From the human T2T-CHM13v2.0 reference genome, Homo sapiens: a DNA stretch of 64,000 nucleotides. Positions 13,650-27,756 of the stretch are shown here, one piece after another. The translations under genes and the position numbers were made by a program. Below the pieces are notes generated by a model. The model searched no databases. It saw only the letters and a program-made list of their open reading frames with translations, and was not told the DNA's origin. Numbering within the stretch: the stretch's first letter is position 1; each line of letters opens with the position of its first letter. The DNA lies in assembly GCF_009914755.1 (NCBI RefSeq), contig NC_060928.1; one strand, written 5' to 3'.

Positions 13650-15490
13650 CGTGGCTTTCTTTAGCTCTTTAAATATATTTAAAATTAATTATTTGAAGTT
13701 CTTATCTAGTAAGTCTAACACCTGGGCCACCTCAGAGAAAATTTCTATTGATTGCTTTTTTCCTGTGTATGAGTCACACATTCTTGTTTCTTTGCATGCT
13801 CCTTAACATTTTTGTTGAAAACTGGTCATTCTGATTATTATTATGTGCCAAATTTAGAAATGAAATTCTTTCCCAGGATTTGTTGTTGATACACTTGTTT
13901 TAATTCTTTGTTTAATATATTTTCTGAACAAATTTTGTAAAGTCTTTACTCTTTGTCATGTGGCGTCACTAGAGTCATTTCCATTAGCTTAATGATCGCC
14001 TAATGATTAGACAGACATTTTCTTAGTAGCTGAAACCAGAAAATTTATGTTTTTCCAGAGGATTCTGTATATGTTGGGGCACACCTTCACCACACAAGCA
14101 GGAAGGTTAAAATCCTAAATTAATCATCTTTCTGCTTGCACAGAGCCTCAAGATTGGCCAAAGGTTGTTGAGTTTAGTGTCTTTTCATGTATTTCCTGAT
14201 CATGCACACAGTCTTGGGCACACACACAACCCTCTAGATTCAAGGAGCATGTGAAAGCTTTTCAAATTCCTTATTCCCCAAAGCATCCCATTCTTCACCT
14301 TTTCTCCCAAGCTTTTTGGTTAGTATTGATACGGCTCCCATGACTGGAGGAACATCAGGGTCCTTTGTCTCGCGTCAGTTTAAATAAAAGACATGTACAC
14401 ACCTGGAGTGGTTTTAAGGAGCAGAGAGAGTTTAATAGGCAAGATAGAAGGAAGAGGCTCCCGTGTACAGAGACAGAGGGAGGAGGACTCCAAGTAGAGA
14501 GAGGGAACCCTTAGTGTGGAGGAAAACATTGGTTATATTAGGAGGCTGGAGGAGGTGGTGTCTGATTTGCATAGGGCCCAGGGGATTGGTTTGACCAGGT
14601 ATGTCATTCACATAGCCCGAGAAAAAACTGCCCCCCACCCTAGCCTTTTAATATGCAAAGACAGGGCATGAGGACGTTCTACATGCATGGGGACATGTAG
14701 GGGAAGCCATGATGCTAGGCACATGTGGTGACAAGAAGAAGGTAGGAATTGCCATATTGGATGGACCCAGTTTCTAATGGCCTCCATTTGTATGTCAAAG
14801 CTTGCTGGCCTGGCCCTTCAAGCCATTTTTCTGCTAGACAAGAAACGTTTCTGGAGCTGCTTTAAAAGAAAACAAACAAACAAACAAACAAAAAAACCGT
14901 ACCAAGGACCCCTCATCCTCTCTATCTGCCTAAAATAATTTTTAAATGACTCCTGTAATAGTATATTGTTTGCCCCAATTGCTACTTCTTGCCTCAGTAA
15001 CTAAAACGTCTGCCTGCCTGCCTGCGCATATTTTCAACAAACGCCATTCTCCACTCCTCAGATAATGAGTTTAGCACACGGTAAATAAAGACAAATAAAG
15101 AGAAATAAATCAGGCAAAATAAAGACAGGGCTTTTGAGTAGATTTTTTTCTGGAAGTCAATAGATAGATCAGAGAAGGACAATTATTCAAAAATAAGGTG
15201 TATTTTGCTCCCTCCACAACTGCTACCAAAAATGTTTTCTGTTATTTTAAAGTCTACTGCTGAGCTGAGAAAGAAACTAAGGTAAGTTAAAATGCCACAG
15301 GTCTTACTGTTCCTGCAGAGATTAAGCCATTTTTCTTGAATGAGCACTTTCCAGATTGCTGCAAGCTTTCAGTTGCATAATTCCAAAACAGTTAATTCTA
15401 GGCATTTTTGCTATTTTTTCATTGCGTTTTAGAGGGGGAGTCATTTGCATGCATTTCCTCACTCTGCGATTTTCACTGACACCTTTTTTT
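13650..15490 (-). mobile_element. Old L1M 5' region, split by an LTR9-like LTR
   Basis: TTTAGCTCTTTAAATATATTTAAAAT...TCTAGTAAGTCTAACACCTGGG...TTTTTGTTGAAAACTGG is typical antisense L1M4-type 5' sequence. Confidence 0.7.
14327..14960 (-). mobile_element. ERV1 solo LTR, LTR9/LTR9B-like
   Basis: Minus strand starts TATTACAGGAGTCATTTAAAAATTATTTTAGGCAGATAGAGAGG and ends GTATCA. 4-bp TSD GTAT at 14323-14326 and 14961-14964. Confidence 0.8.
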
Positions 15491-15599
15491 TTTTCTTATT
15501 TTCAAATGTGGCTCAAAGTTTGCCAACAGAGAAGATACTTAAAATGTTATTTGCCCCCTTCTTTGTGTTTTGAAATACAATGTGTTTTGAAATTTCTAA

Positions 15600-16406
<807 letters not shown>

Positions 16407-17431
16407 GATAGTGCTGCACTTTATAATCGGATTAACTGGATAAATAGCAATGTTATTAATCAAAGGAAGAAAAGATGGATGAGTAACATATTTGGATGGT
16501 AGAGAAGGAAATTCATGATATTCTTTTGGGACATAAGAGTTTCTTTTGGAACATCACCTAGCAGAGAGAGTCCAAATCTGGACATGGACATGTAATCATT
16601 GAAGTGAGGTTGAAGGAATAGTCCACTGAATGAGAGCGAATGAAGTGCTGCCTAATTTACTTTTATTTTGTCTGACACAAAACTACCAATTCTCTCCAAA
16701 CAATCTTGTCTTGATTTCCACAGCCCTCATAAAATAACTCAATTTCTCAATTTCTCCATAAAATAATAACTCAATTTCTCCAGTTAATGTGATGACAAAC
16801 ATAAACTTATTTTTACTCTTTTCTTTCTTCACATTCCACAGCCAATCTGTTAGAAAATTTTGTTGTTTCCACTTTTTAAAATATGTCTCAAAATTGAACC
16901 CATCTCAACACCTCCACTAATATTATCTTGGTCCTATCACCCTGCCCCATTATTCTCTTTTATATTATTGTAATAGCCTTTTTACTGTTTTCCCTACTAC
17001 TATATTTACCCCTTTCAAATAAAAGTATTCTCAACACAGCACCAAAGTCATAACACACAATTTTCTATGCATGACCCTCTAACAAACTAACTACATCTCA
17101 TTGTGAATGATACTCCATGAAGATACTCCATGAAGCAGCCTCCGGTGATGTTACTGATCTTGCCTCACTCTGTCTGCCCTCACTCCTACTGGTTCATCCA
17201 TGTTTCTTACTGTTCTTGAAAAGCATAGCGATGCTCTGACCCCTTGTTCTTTGCGTTTGAAAATGTCTTTGCCTTAATTTCTACATGGCTTAGTTCTTCA
17301 CCTTCTTTAGCTATTTTGCCAAATGTTATATGTTCACATATTTAAATTTGCAATTTTTTACCATACCTTTACAATTCCTAAATTGCTTCTCTATTTTATT
17401 CAATATACTATTACCAGCAATGAATCCACAT

Positions 17432-18373
17432 CCATACAGGTCTGCAACAATCTCAGTTCTTTCCTCCTCAGAAGAAATAATGCACCCATGGGGAAGAAGG
17501 CAGAAGGAGAGACTGAAGCTAGTTTTAGAACAGGAGTGAAAGTTCATTAAAAAGCGCAGTGGCTCACGCCTGTAATCCCAGCACTTTGGGAGGCCAAGGT
17601 GGGCAGATCACAAGGTCAGGAGATCGAGACCATCCTGGCTAACACGGTGAAACCCTGTCTCTACTAAAAATACAAAAAATTAGCTAGGCGTGGTGGGATG
17701 AACCCGGGAAGCGGAGCTTGCAGTGAGCCAAGATTGCACCACTGCACTCCAGCCTGGGTGACAGAGTGAGACTCCGTCTCAAAAAAAAAAAAAAAAAAGC
17801 TTTATCATAGGAAAAAAAGGAAGTAAAGTACACTAGGAAGAGGGTCAAGCAGAAGACTTGGGAGATGAAGTGCATGGTTTGACCTTTTGACTTGGAGTTT
17901 TATACTCTGGCATGTTTCTGGGGTCTTGCATTACTTCTCCCCTGATTGTTACCTTGGAATGGGCTGTCCACACGCACAGTGGCCTGCTAGCACTTGGGAG
18001 GAAAGCATACGGAGTGTGATTACTGGAGTTGCACGCATGCTCACTTGAGGTGTTCTTCCCTTATCAGTGGAATGGTCCTGGAAGGTCATATACCATTTAA
18101 ACTTTGCCATTTTGCCTCTGAATGTGCATACTTGAGCCCACCTGCCCAGCTCTTGAGATCTTACCAGGAAGCTGCTGATCACCAATTTCAGATGTTTCTA
18201 TCTATTGGGAGACTGCCTTTCACTGGCACCAGCTGCAACCAATTATTATTTTAGCAAGACAGTTGAAAACTGCCTAACTATCACCTGATGGTCACCTGAC
18301 GTTTCTGGTAGGGTCGGAGGAGGGGGGTGCCTCTCCTGTCCTGCTCATGCCTAACTTGCTACCTACTGTAACA
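17432..18373 (-). mobile_element. MER50 ERV1 LTR, split by an Alu
   Basis: Minus strand starts TGTTACAGTAGGTAGCAAGTTAGGCATGAGCAGGACAGGAGAGG. Confidence 0.8.
17554..17795 (+). mobile_element. AluY with ~48-bp deletion in the right arm
   Basis: AluY diagnostics present; GGCGTGGTGG joins directly to GATGAACCCGGG; TSD AAAAAGC. Confidence 0.9.
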
Positions 18374-18393
18374 GTACTTTTCAGCATCTTGAC

Positions 18394-18873
18394 TATATCA
18401 GTTTTCTAGGGCTGCCGCAACAAATAACCACAAACTTGGTGGCTTGAAACAACAGAAAATTAACCTTTCACACTTCCAGAGGCCAGAAATCCAAAATCAA
18501 AGTGTCAGCAGAATTGGTCCCTTCTGGAGGTTATGAGGGACAACTTGTTGTCCGCCTATGTCCTAGCTTCTAGGGGCTATTGTCAACCCTTGGCATTGGG
18601 TCTATATAACTCTTATTTCTGCTTTCGTATTCACATGGCTGCTTTCTTTCTGTGATTCTATTTTCCCATCTTCTTGAAAAAACAACTGACATTGAATTTT
18701 GCACCCCCTCCCCCACCCGAAAAAATCCAACATGATGTCATGTGGAAATTTTAAACTTAATTACATCTACAAAGACCCCCTCCTCAAAATAAGGTCACAT
18801 TCACAGGTACCTGGGGTTACAACTTGAAGATATCTTTAGTGTGGAGTAGACATAAGTCAACTCATTATTTCAC
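18394..18873 (-). mobile_element. MLT1 (B/C-like) MaLR LTR
   Basis: CTAGGGCTGCCGCAACAAATAACCACAAACTTGGTGGCTTGAAACAACAG...AAGGTCACATTCACAGGTACC. Confidence 0.85.
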
Positions 18874-19324
18874 ATAGTATGCATTTATTTATTTGTTAAT
18901 TCTGTTTCCTTCCACTAGAACATCAAGTGCATGGCAACAAGGATTCTATGTGTTTTAATTATATTTGTGACTTGACCAATTTCTGACACACAACGAAAGC
19001 TTAAAAAACATATGTTGAATAAATATAAGAAAATGTGGAAAGTGCATAGGGATTATCAACATAATTAGAGCCAAAAGTAGAAAAATCTGGGAAGCCGAAT
19101 AATTTTTTTTTTTAAGTGGTGCTCCTGAAGTCAAGAGTGTTTGCTTAATTAGGGAGTGGTTTTTAAACTGAAAGAGGCATGAAAAGAGGCCTCCTGGTGA
19201 TTTGCGTATCAGAATTGTGTTGGTACCTGTGAAGATCTTCTTATCACTTGGAAACATGCCCAAATCTGACACAGGTTTTGCCTTCGTGTTTTGGTATCTT
19301 AATGACTATGTCACTCTCTTGTTA

Positions 19325-19648
<324 letters not shown>

Positions 19649-19761
19649 TTAGAACTTATCAACCCTGTTTTTACTAATATTCTTTTGGAGTCTCTTGCTT
19701 CTTACTCCCATTGAATTGTCAGCCTACTGACCCTTATTTGGTGTTTGCAGACTATCGGGCC

Positions 19762-20253
19762 TGTTGAAAGGAAACTAAAATCTCAGGACCCCAAACTCAC
19801 TATGCCAAAGGGAGAGTTAAACTTGGGAACTCAGTCATGCGAAAACTGTGTTCCTTTTGTTCCCAAACAGATAGTAATTTTACATCCTTTCTCTAACTTA
19901 TATAACATGTAGATCTACTGATTGGGAGACAAATGCATAATTCACTCCCTCCCCACAATCCACTCCTTTCTTTTCACATGTAAAATATAGTTTCACTGAG
20001 TCCTAACCAGAGCCTCAAAAGAATGTGACTGTTTGCTTCATTGCCTGCTCTCCCCACTTCTTTTTCTTTTCCTCCATTCCCTCCTGCTTGCTATTTCCTG
20101 TTTAAATATAGAAGTCCTCACAACCCTCTCTGGAAAAAGCACAGGTCACAGATCCTACTGTGACTTGTGTTTCTTTTTTCCCAGAGCATCCACATCCTTG
20201 GCAAAACAAATCTCTAAATCGATTGAGATGCTTCAGTAACTTTTTGTTTTATA
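19762..20253 (+). mobile_element. MER4-group ERV1 solo LTR
   Basis: TGAAAGGAAACTAAAATCTCAGGACCCCAAACTCACTATGCCAAAGGG start; TCTAAATCGATTGAGA near the end. Confidence 0.75.
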
Positions 20254-21698
20254 GAACCTCTGGGTATACGTGTTATTTACCGGCTCTATCTTTTAAACTG
20301 GACAAAAGTTTTCACGCTTATTAAATCTATCTTGCCAATTCCAACCCATAGTCATTTTGTGATAATTTGTAACTTTTTTCATTGACCATATCTGAGTAAC
20401 AAACTTTTAAATAATTCAATGTTTAATTCAATCTATTCCAATCTATTCTTTTAGAAGCATGCAAGTAATTTATAAAATATAAACAACAGCTCTTAGATAT
20501 GAAAAATAAATGTATAGAGGTGTGTATTTTATTCAATAACTATAATAAAAATTTTTTGTATTGAGCTATAGTGCAACATGACCATAGGGTGCCATTTATA
20601 GTTATAGGGCTGTTTTTCTAGTAGAAAAAATGCACAAAATAATGTAAGCATATCAACCGTGATCACAATAAAAATGTGTTTATTATGTGTGAATATGTTT
20701 CAGTCATATTACTTTAAAATATTTTCTGATTTAAATTCAATTTTTTATTATGCAACTGGTATATAATCCACATAATTTTCACTTTATGTGGTACAGTTTT
20801 CAAATGCAAAGTTATTCAATTCTTGCAAATACTTTCAGCACATACTATGTATACATTATATATTTAGGAAAATAAACTGACTTTTTAGAATTTGGCTGAA
20901 ATTGTTGTTTTCTAACTTAATATCCATTTAGTGGTAATTTATAATAATCTATTATTACAATGACTTGATCTTAAAAATCTCTCTAGAAATCTGTTATTTT
21001 ATTCCCTTTTCTTCTGAATTCAGAGTATAGCTCTCCACAAGTAGTGACAGAATCTTCCCATTAAAGATGTATGTGAAAATGGTTTCATGCCATGCTCCTG
21101 GTATAGAGAAATTCAGGACATAATCTCATACTAAAGGATAAATACAGTAACCATAAAAGAGAGAACTAAGTAAACCAATATAGAGTTGAAAAATTGCCTC
21201 AAAGTGTTGTTGATTTAAATCAATATAATTTTACTTCAGGATATGGAATTTCATTAGAGAAGTTTTAGTTTTTATTTAATTGTGAAAGCCTTCGCAGGTA
21301 GGAGAAAGAAACTCAAAACCTGAGTGCAATTGGACTTTTTAAAATCAAAGTGAAGAAAAAGTATATATTATTGGAAAAGCGAAATATAATAAAATTTTAT
21401 TCAAGTAGATGAAGAAGTTAGAAAACATTGTAATACAAAAAGTCTCAACTAAATTAATGTATCACTTAAAACTGCTTATCTGAGAATGCTTTATAGACCA
21501 TCCAAAAGTGATTTAAAGTAGAAAAAAAAATTCTCATGCAAATGACCAGAATTCAATATATTGTTTGTTCACTCTTCATAGCATTTATTGGTCTGTGGCA
21601 AAACCAATACCAATGGTGTGATGATCAAATAAATTTTAGATATTTTGTTGTTAATACATCTGGATATCTTTGTGAATATCAATTTTGCAAATATTACC

Positions 21699-22068
21699 AT
21701 TCTCTGTCTTTTCTTCTTTTTCTTTTTTCTCTTTCCTCTTTCTTTCTTTTTTCTTCCTGTCCTTCCTTCTTTCCCTCCCTCCTTTCCTTTTTCTTTCTTA
21801 CCTGCTTACTTGCTTGCTTGATTCTTTCTTTTCTTTTTTTCTTCTTTCCCTCCTTTTTCTCCTCCTTTTTCTTTTCTTTTCTCTTCTCTTTTCTTTTCTT
21901 TCTTTCTTCTTTCCCTCCCTCCCTCCTTTCTTTTCTTTCCTTTTTTCTTTTCTTCTTTTCTTTTCTTTCTTTTTCTTTCTTTCTCTCTCCCTTTCTTTTC
22001 TTTCTTCTTTCTTTCTCTCTCTGTCTTTCTCTCTTCCTTTGTTTCTTTCTTTTCCTTTCTTTTTTCTT
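21699..22068. repeat. ~370-bp polypyrimidine (CTTT/CCTT/CT) low-complexity tract
   Basis: Almost exclusively C and T on the + strand. Source of the spurious F/S/L-rich and K/E/R-rich ORFs. Confidence 0.97.
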
Positions 22069-22650
22069 CACAAGCTTTTCCAGAAATAAGTGAAGATGCA
22101 TGAATACCACTTATACCTTCTGACTTTTCCCCTTTAACCTAAGACAAGACCTCTTAAATTTTGCTTCAATAATTATCAATACTGAGAGCTAAACTTTTCT
22201 TCAGAACCATATTTTCAAAAGAGAAAAAAATATTACTGCATTTTAGAAAAATAAAGCCATATTGAGAGACAGAAGCTAGGAGGTCAAATAGGCTCAATAG
22301 TTAAGTGATACCTTTCTTCAAATAAGCCTAAGATTGAATTTGCTTCCAATTCATTTCTCAACCATTGTATATGTTACTATATTTTGTTAGCCTTCTAGTT
22401 GATCAGAAAATTTGGTAGAAGTTTCCAATATTAAACCCATGAATATCAAGGTTCTGCTGTATTAGGTTCAAAATGTGATCCGAATGCCTAACTTGCATAA
22501 CAGATTTCTGGCTCACCAATCATCCATGCCTAAAACTGTCAAATCATAAATATGAGAATAATACAAAATTATGTAAGTCCATCAAGCTCACCAATGATTA
22601 AATGAGTTTTAAAGCGGTAAAATTAGGACAGATTAAGAAAGCTGTAATTC

Positions 22651-23262
<612 letters not shown>

Positions 23263-25694
23263 AGCTGTAGTTCCTGCCATCAAAGAACATTAATTCAACA
23301 TCTACTTTAGGTATTTTCAAACACTAAGGATACAATTAAACCAGGTCTAGAAGAAGACTCAGTAATATGAATGGGAAATTAAACAATGAGCGAAATGCCA
23401 TAATAAGGGAGTACAGTCTCATGGAGTCTTATGGGAGTCCATCAAAGAAACATCAAACCAGGACTTAAGGTAGCAAGTAGAGATGGTGGTCAAGGAAGAA
23501 TGCCAAAAAGAAATTATACACAAATATATGAGACTTACAGGGTACAGCCATGGAAAGGAGTAGAAATAAAGTCCCTGTTTTAGACAAACACAGCATCATA
23601 TGGAAAATTCTGGATGATGGAAAAGCATGTCAGTCAAATAAATGACAAGAGGGTTGGAGAAGATGGTAGAATAGAAAGCCACGCCCAACCATGTCTCCCA
23701 CGGGAACATCAAATTCAACAACTAAAACAAAATCCCCTTAATGAAAACAAACAAACAAAAAATCAGGTGAGCACTCACAGTACCTGGTTTTAACTTCTTA
23801 TCACTGAAAGAGGCACTAAAGAGGGTAGGAAAGACAGTCTTAAATTGCCAATGCCACTCCTCCCCTATTCCCCTGCAGGTCATGTGGTGTGGGGAAATCT
23901 GTCAACTTGGGAGAGGGAAAGCATAGCAATTGTGAGACTTTGCATTGAATTCAGTGCTGCCTTTTCACAGTGGAAAGCAAAACCAGGCTGAACTCAGCAA
24001 ATGCCCACCCATGGAGGGAGCACTCAGACCAGCACAAGCCAGAGGGGAGTTGCCCATCCCAGAGGTCAGAACTTGAGTTCCAGCAAGCCTTGCCACCATG
24101 AGCTGATGTACGCTGGGGCCCTAAATAAACTTGAAATGCAGTTTAGGCCATAAGGACTGCAAGTTCTATTGCTGAGCTGGGCTCTAAGCCAGTGGAAGTG
24201 AGAGGCACACAACTTACTGAAACACCAGCTGGGGCAGCTAAGAAAGTGCTTGCACCACCCCTCTCCCCATGCCAAACAACACAGCTCATGGCTCCAAAAG
24301 ACACCCCTTCATTACACTTGAGGTGAATAGAGGGAAGAGTCAGAGGATCTTTGTGTATCATCTTACATACCAGCTCAGCTGCAGTAGAATAGGGCACCAG
24401 TCACAGTCATGTGGCCCCTCTTCCAGGCTGTGTTACCCAGATGACATTTCTAGACACACTCCAAGCCACAAGGAAACCTGCTGCCTTGAGTGAAGGGCAC
24501 AGTTATGGAAGGATCCATCACCTGCAGACTAAAAAGCCCTTAGGCCTTGAATAACCAACAGTGATAATTAGGTGGTATGCTGTAGGCTTTGGCTGAGACT
24601 CTGAGACTTTCTGGGTTCCAGTGAGACTCACCAAATTCCCAGCAGCAGTGGCTACAAGGAGAATCTCCTTCTGCTTGAGAAAAGTGGAGAGAAAATTATA
24701 GAGGTCTTTTTTTTGTAACTCAGGTACTAATTAGGCCACAGCAGAGTATAACACCAAGCAGAATCTTGGTGTCCCTGATTCCAGGCCTTGGGTCTTGGAT
24801 GACATTTCTGAACCTTTGTTGGGCCAAAGAGGAGTGCACTACATTGAAGGGTGCCTCTTAGGCTGACTGTAGAGCCTATGGGCTTTAAGGGAACATAAAG
24901 GGTAGGCTGGCAGTACTCCCTGTGAGGCTGTGGAGATCCTGGCCATGGGGTGAGGTTCCTCTGCCTGTGGTTAGGGGAGGGAAGAGTGGGAAGGACTGAT
25001 TCTCATAGTTTATGTGCCAACTCAGCCAGAGAACAATAGAAAACCAGGTAGACTTACAAGGTTTTTTGACTCCAGTTTCTGGCTTCTAGACAGTACCTTT
25101 GGACCGTCCCAGAGCCTGGGGGAACTCACTGCTCTGGAAAGAAAGAAACAAGCCTAGCTGACTTTGCCACCTGCTGATTTTAGAGCCCCAGGGCCTTGAA
25201 CAAATATAAACAGTAGCCAGGGAGTGGTTACAGTGGGCCTTGGACAAGATTCAGTGCTGTGCTGGCTTCAGGTCTGACTCAACACAGTCCCAGTGGTGGT
25301 GGCCACAGGGGTGCTTGTATCACTCCATCCCCATGTCCAGGGAGCTCAGAACAGATAGATAGGCACCATTTGCTTGGGAGAAAGTAAGGGAAGCGATCAA
25401 GAGTCTCTACCTGATAATCCAGATAATTCTTCAAGATCTTATCCAAGATGACGAAGGCAATAACTCTTAAGAGTTTGCCAGAACCTCAGTGTAACTATGC
25501 TTGGAGGCTTGGAGTGTCTTCTAATGTAGATATAGCTTAGATTACAACACCTAAGTCCTTTTGAATACCTGGAAAACCTTCCCAAGAAGGACAGGTACAA
25601 ACAACCCCAGGCTACAAAGACTACAATAAATACCTAACTCTTCAAAGCCCAGACACAGACGAATATCCACAAGCATTAAGAGCATCCAGGAAAA

Positions 25695-26435
25695 CAAGAC
25701 ATCAGCAAATGAACTAAATGAGGCATGAGGGTCAATCCTGGAGAAACAGAGTTATGTGACATTTCAGACAGAATACTAAAATTAGCTTTTTTGAAGAAAC
25801 TTGAAGAAATTTGAGATAACACACAAAATGAATTCAGAAATCTATTAGTTAAGTTTTATAAAGAGATTGAAATAGTTAAAAGGAATTAAGCAGAAATCCT
25901 AGAGTTGAAAAATGCACTTGACTTAATGAAGAATTCATCAAAGTCTTAATAGCAGAATTGATAAAATAGAAGAAAGAATTAGTGAGCTTGAAGACAGGCT
26001 ATTTTAAAATACATAGTCAGAGAAGACAAAAGAAGAAGAAGAAAAAAAGAATGAAGCATGCCTACGGGATATAGAAAATATCCCAAATAGGCAAATCTCA
26101 AAGTTATTGGCCTGAAAGAGGAGGTAGTAGAAAAAAAGAGATAGGAGTAGAACGCTTACTCAAAGGGCCCAGGCCTGTAATCTGTAATCCCAGAACTTTG
26201 GAGGGCCAAGGAAGGCAAATCACTTGGTACCAGAAGTTTGAGACCAGCCTGGCCAAGGTAGCAAAACCCCATCTCTACTAAAAATCCAAAAATTTAGCCT
26301 GGCATGGTGGTGCATGCCTGTAATCCCAACTACTTAAAGGACTAAGGCAGGAGAATCACTTCAGCCTGGGAGGCAGAGGTTGCAGTAAGCCAAGACTGTG
26401 CCACTGCACTGGGTGACAGAGTAAGACTCTGCCTC

Positions 26436-26466
<31 letters not shown>

Positions 26467-26965
26467 AAAACAAAAGAAAAGAAAAAGAAGGAAAGAAAGA
26501 AAGAAAGGTCTAATCAAAGAGATAATAACAAAGAACTTTTCAAACATAGAGAAAGGTATCAATATCCAAGTACAAGAAGGTTGTATAACACTAAGCAGAT
26601 TAAATCCAAAGAAAACTATCTCAAGGCATTCCATAATTGAATTTACACAGGTCAAGGATAAAAAAGGATCCTGAAAGCAAGAGAAAAGAAACAAGTGACA
26701 TACAACTGAGTTTCAATACATCTAGCAGCAGACATTTCAGTGGACATCTTACAGCCCAGGAAAAGAGGAAGGACATATTTAAAGCACAGAAGGAAGGAAA
26801 AAAAAAAGTATATCCAGTGGGACTATTGTTCAAACATGAAAGAGATATATTTTCCCAGGCAATCAAAAGCTGAGGGATTTCATCAACACCAGGCTGTCCT
26901 ACAAAAAATGCTAAAGAGAGCATTTCAAACAAAGAAAATGATGATAATGAGCAATAAGACATCAT
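25695..26965 (+). pseudogene. L1 ORF1 remnant (disrupted, with Alu insertion)
   Basis: GAAGAAAGAATTAGTGAGCTTGAAGACAGG encodes EERISELEDR; also ATCCAAGTACAAGAAGG and AGCAGACATTTCAGTGG. Confidence 0.85.
26167..26480 (+). mobile_element. AluS in L1 ORF1, 5'-damaged, long A tail
   Basis: CTGTAATCCCAGAACTTTGG...GAGACCAGCCTGGCCAAGG...GCAGAGGTTGCAGT and a poly(A) of about 30 nt. Confidence 0.9.
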
Positions 26966-27033
26966 CCTAAGGTACAAAACTCACTGACAATAATAAGTAC
27001 ACAGAATATTATAGCACTCTAACTGGTGTGTAA

Positions 27034-27385
<352 letters not shown>

Positions 27386-27756
27386 GAAAACTAGAACCTA
27401 TAAAAAAACTTTTCATGATATAGAAGGTACAATAAGATATAAATAAGAATGACAAAAAGTTAAAAAGTAAGGTGATGAAGTTAAACTGTAGAGTTTTTGT
27501 TAGTTTTCTTATTGCTTGTTAGTTTTTCTGTTTATAGAGTGTTAAGTTGTGGTCTGCTTAAAATAATGGGTTATAATATACTATTTGCAAGCCACATGGT
27601 AACCTCAAACCAAAAAACATAAAACAGATACACAAAAAATTAAAAGCAAGAAATTAAAGCATACTGCCAAAGGAAATCACCTTCACTAAAAGGAAAAAAG
27701 AAAGGAAGAAATGAAGGAGGAGATGACCACAAAACAATCAGAAAACAAATAACAGA

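Larger units (their letters stand above)
16750..19030 (+). mobile_element. L2 3' region, fragmented by MER50, Alu and MLT1 insertions
   Basis: L2-like motifs at 16820-17330 and L2 terminus CCACTAGAACATCAAG...ATATGTTGAATAAAT at 18910-19025. Confidence 0.6.

Noticed and set aside
17109-17135. 13-bp tandem duplication GATACTCCATGAA x2
   Set aside because: Routine slippage duplication within decayed L2.
21536-22110. Longest ORFs in the track (185, 134 and 138 aa)
   Set aside because: Translations of the CT-rich tract; low-complexity artefacts lacking stop codons by composition.
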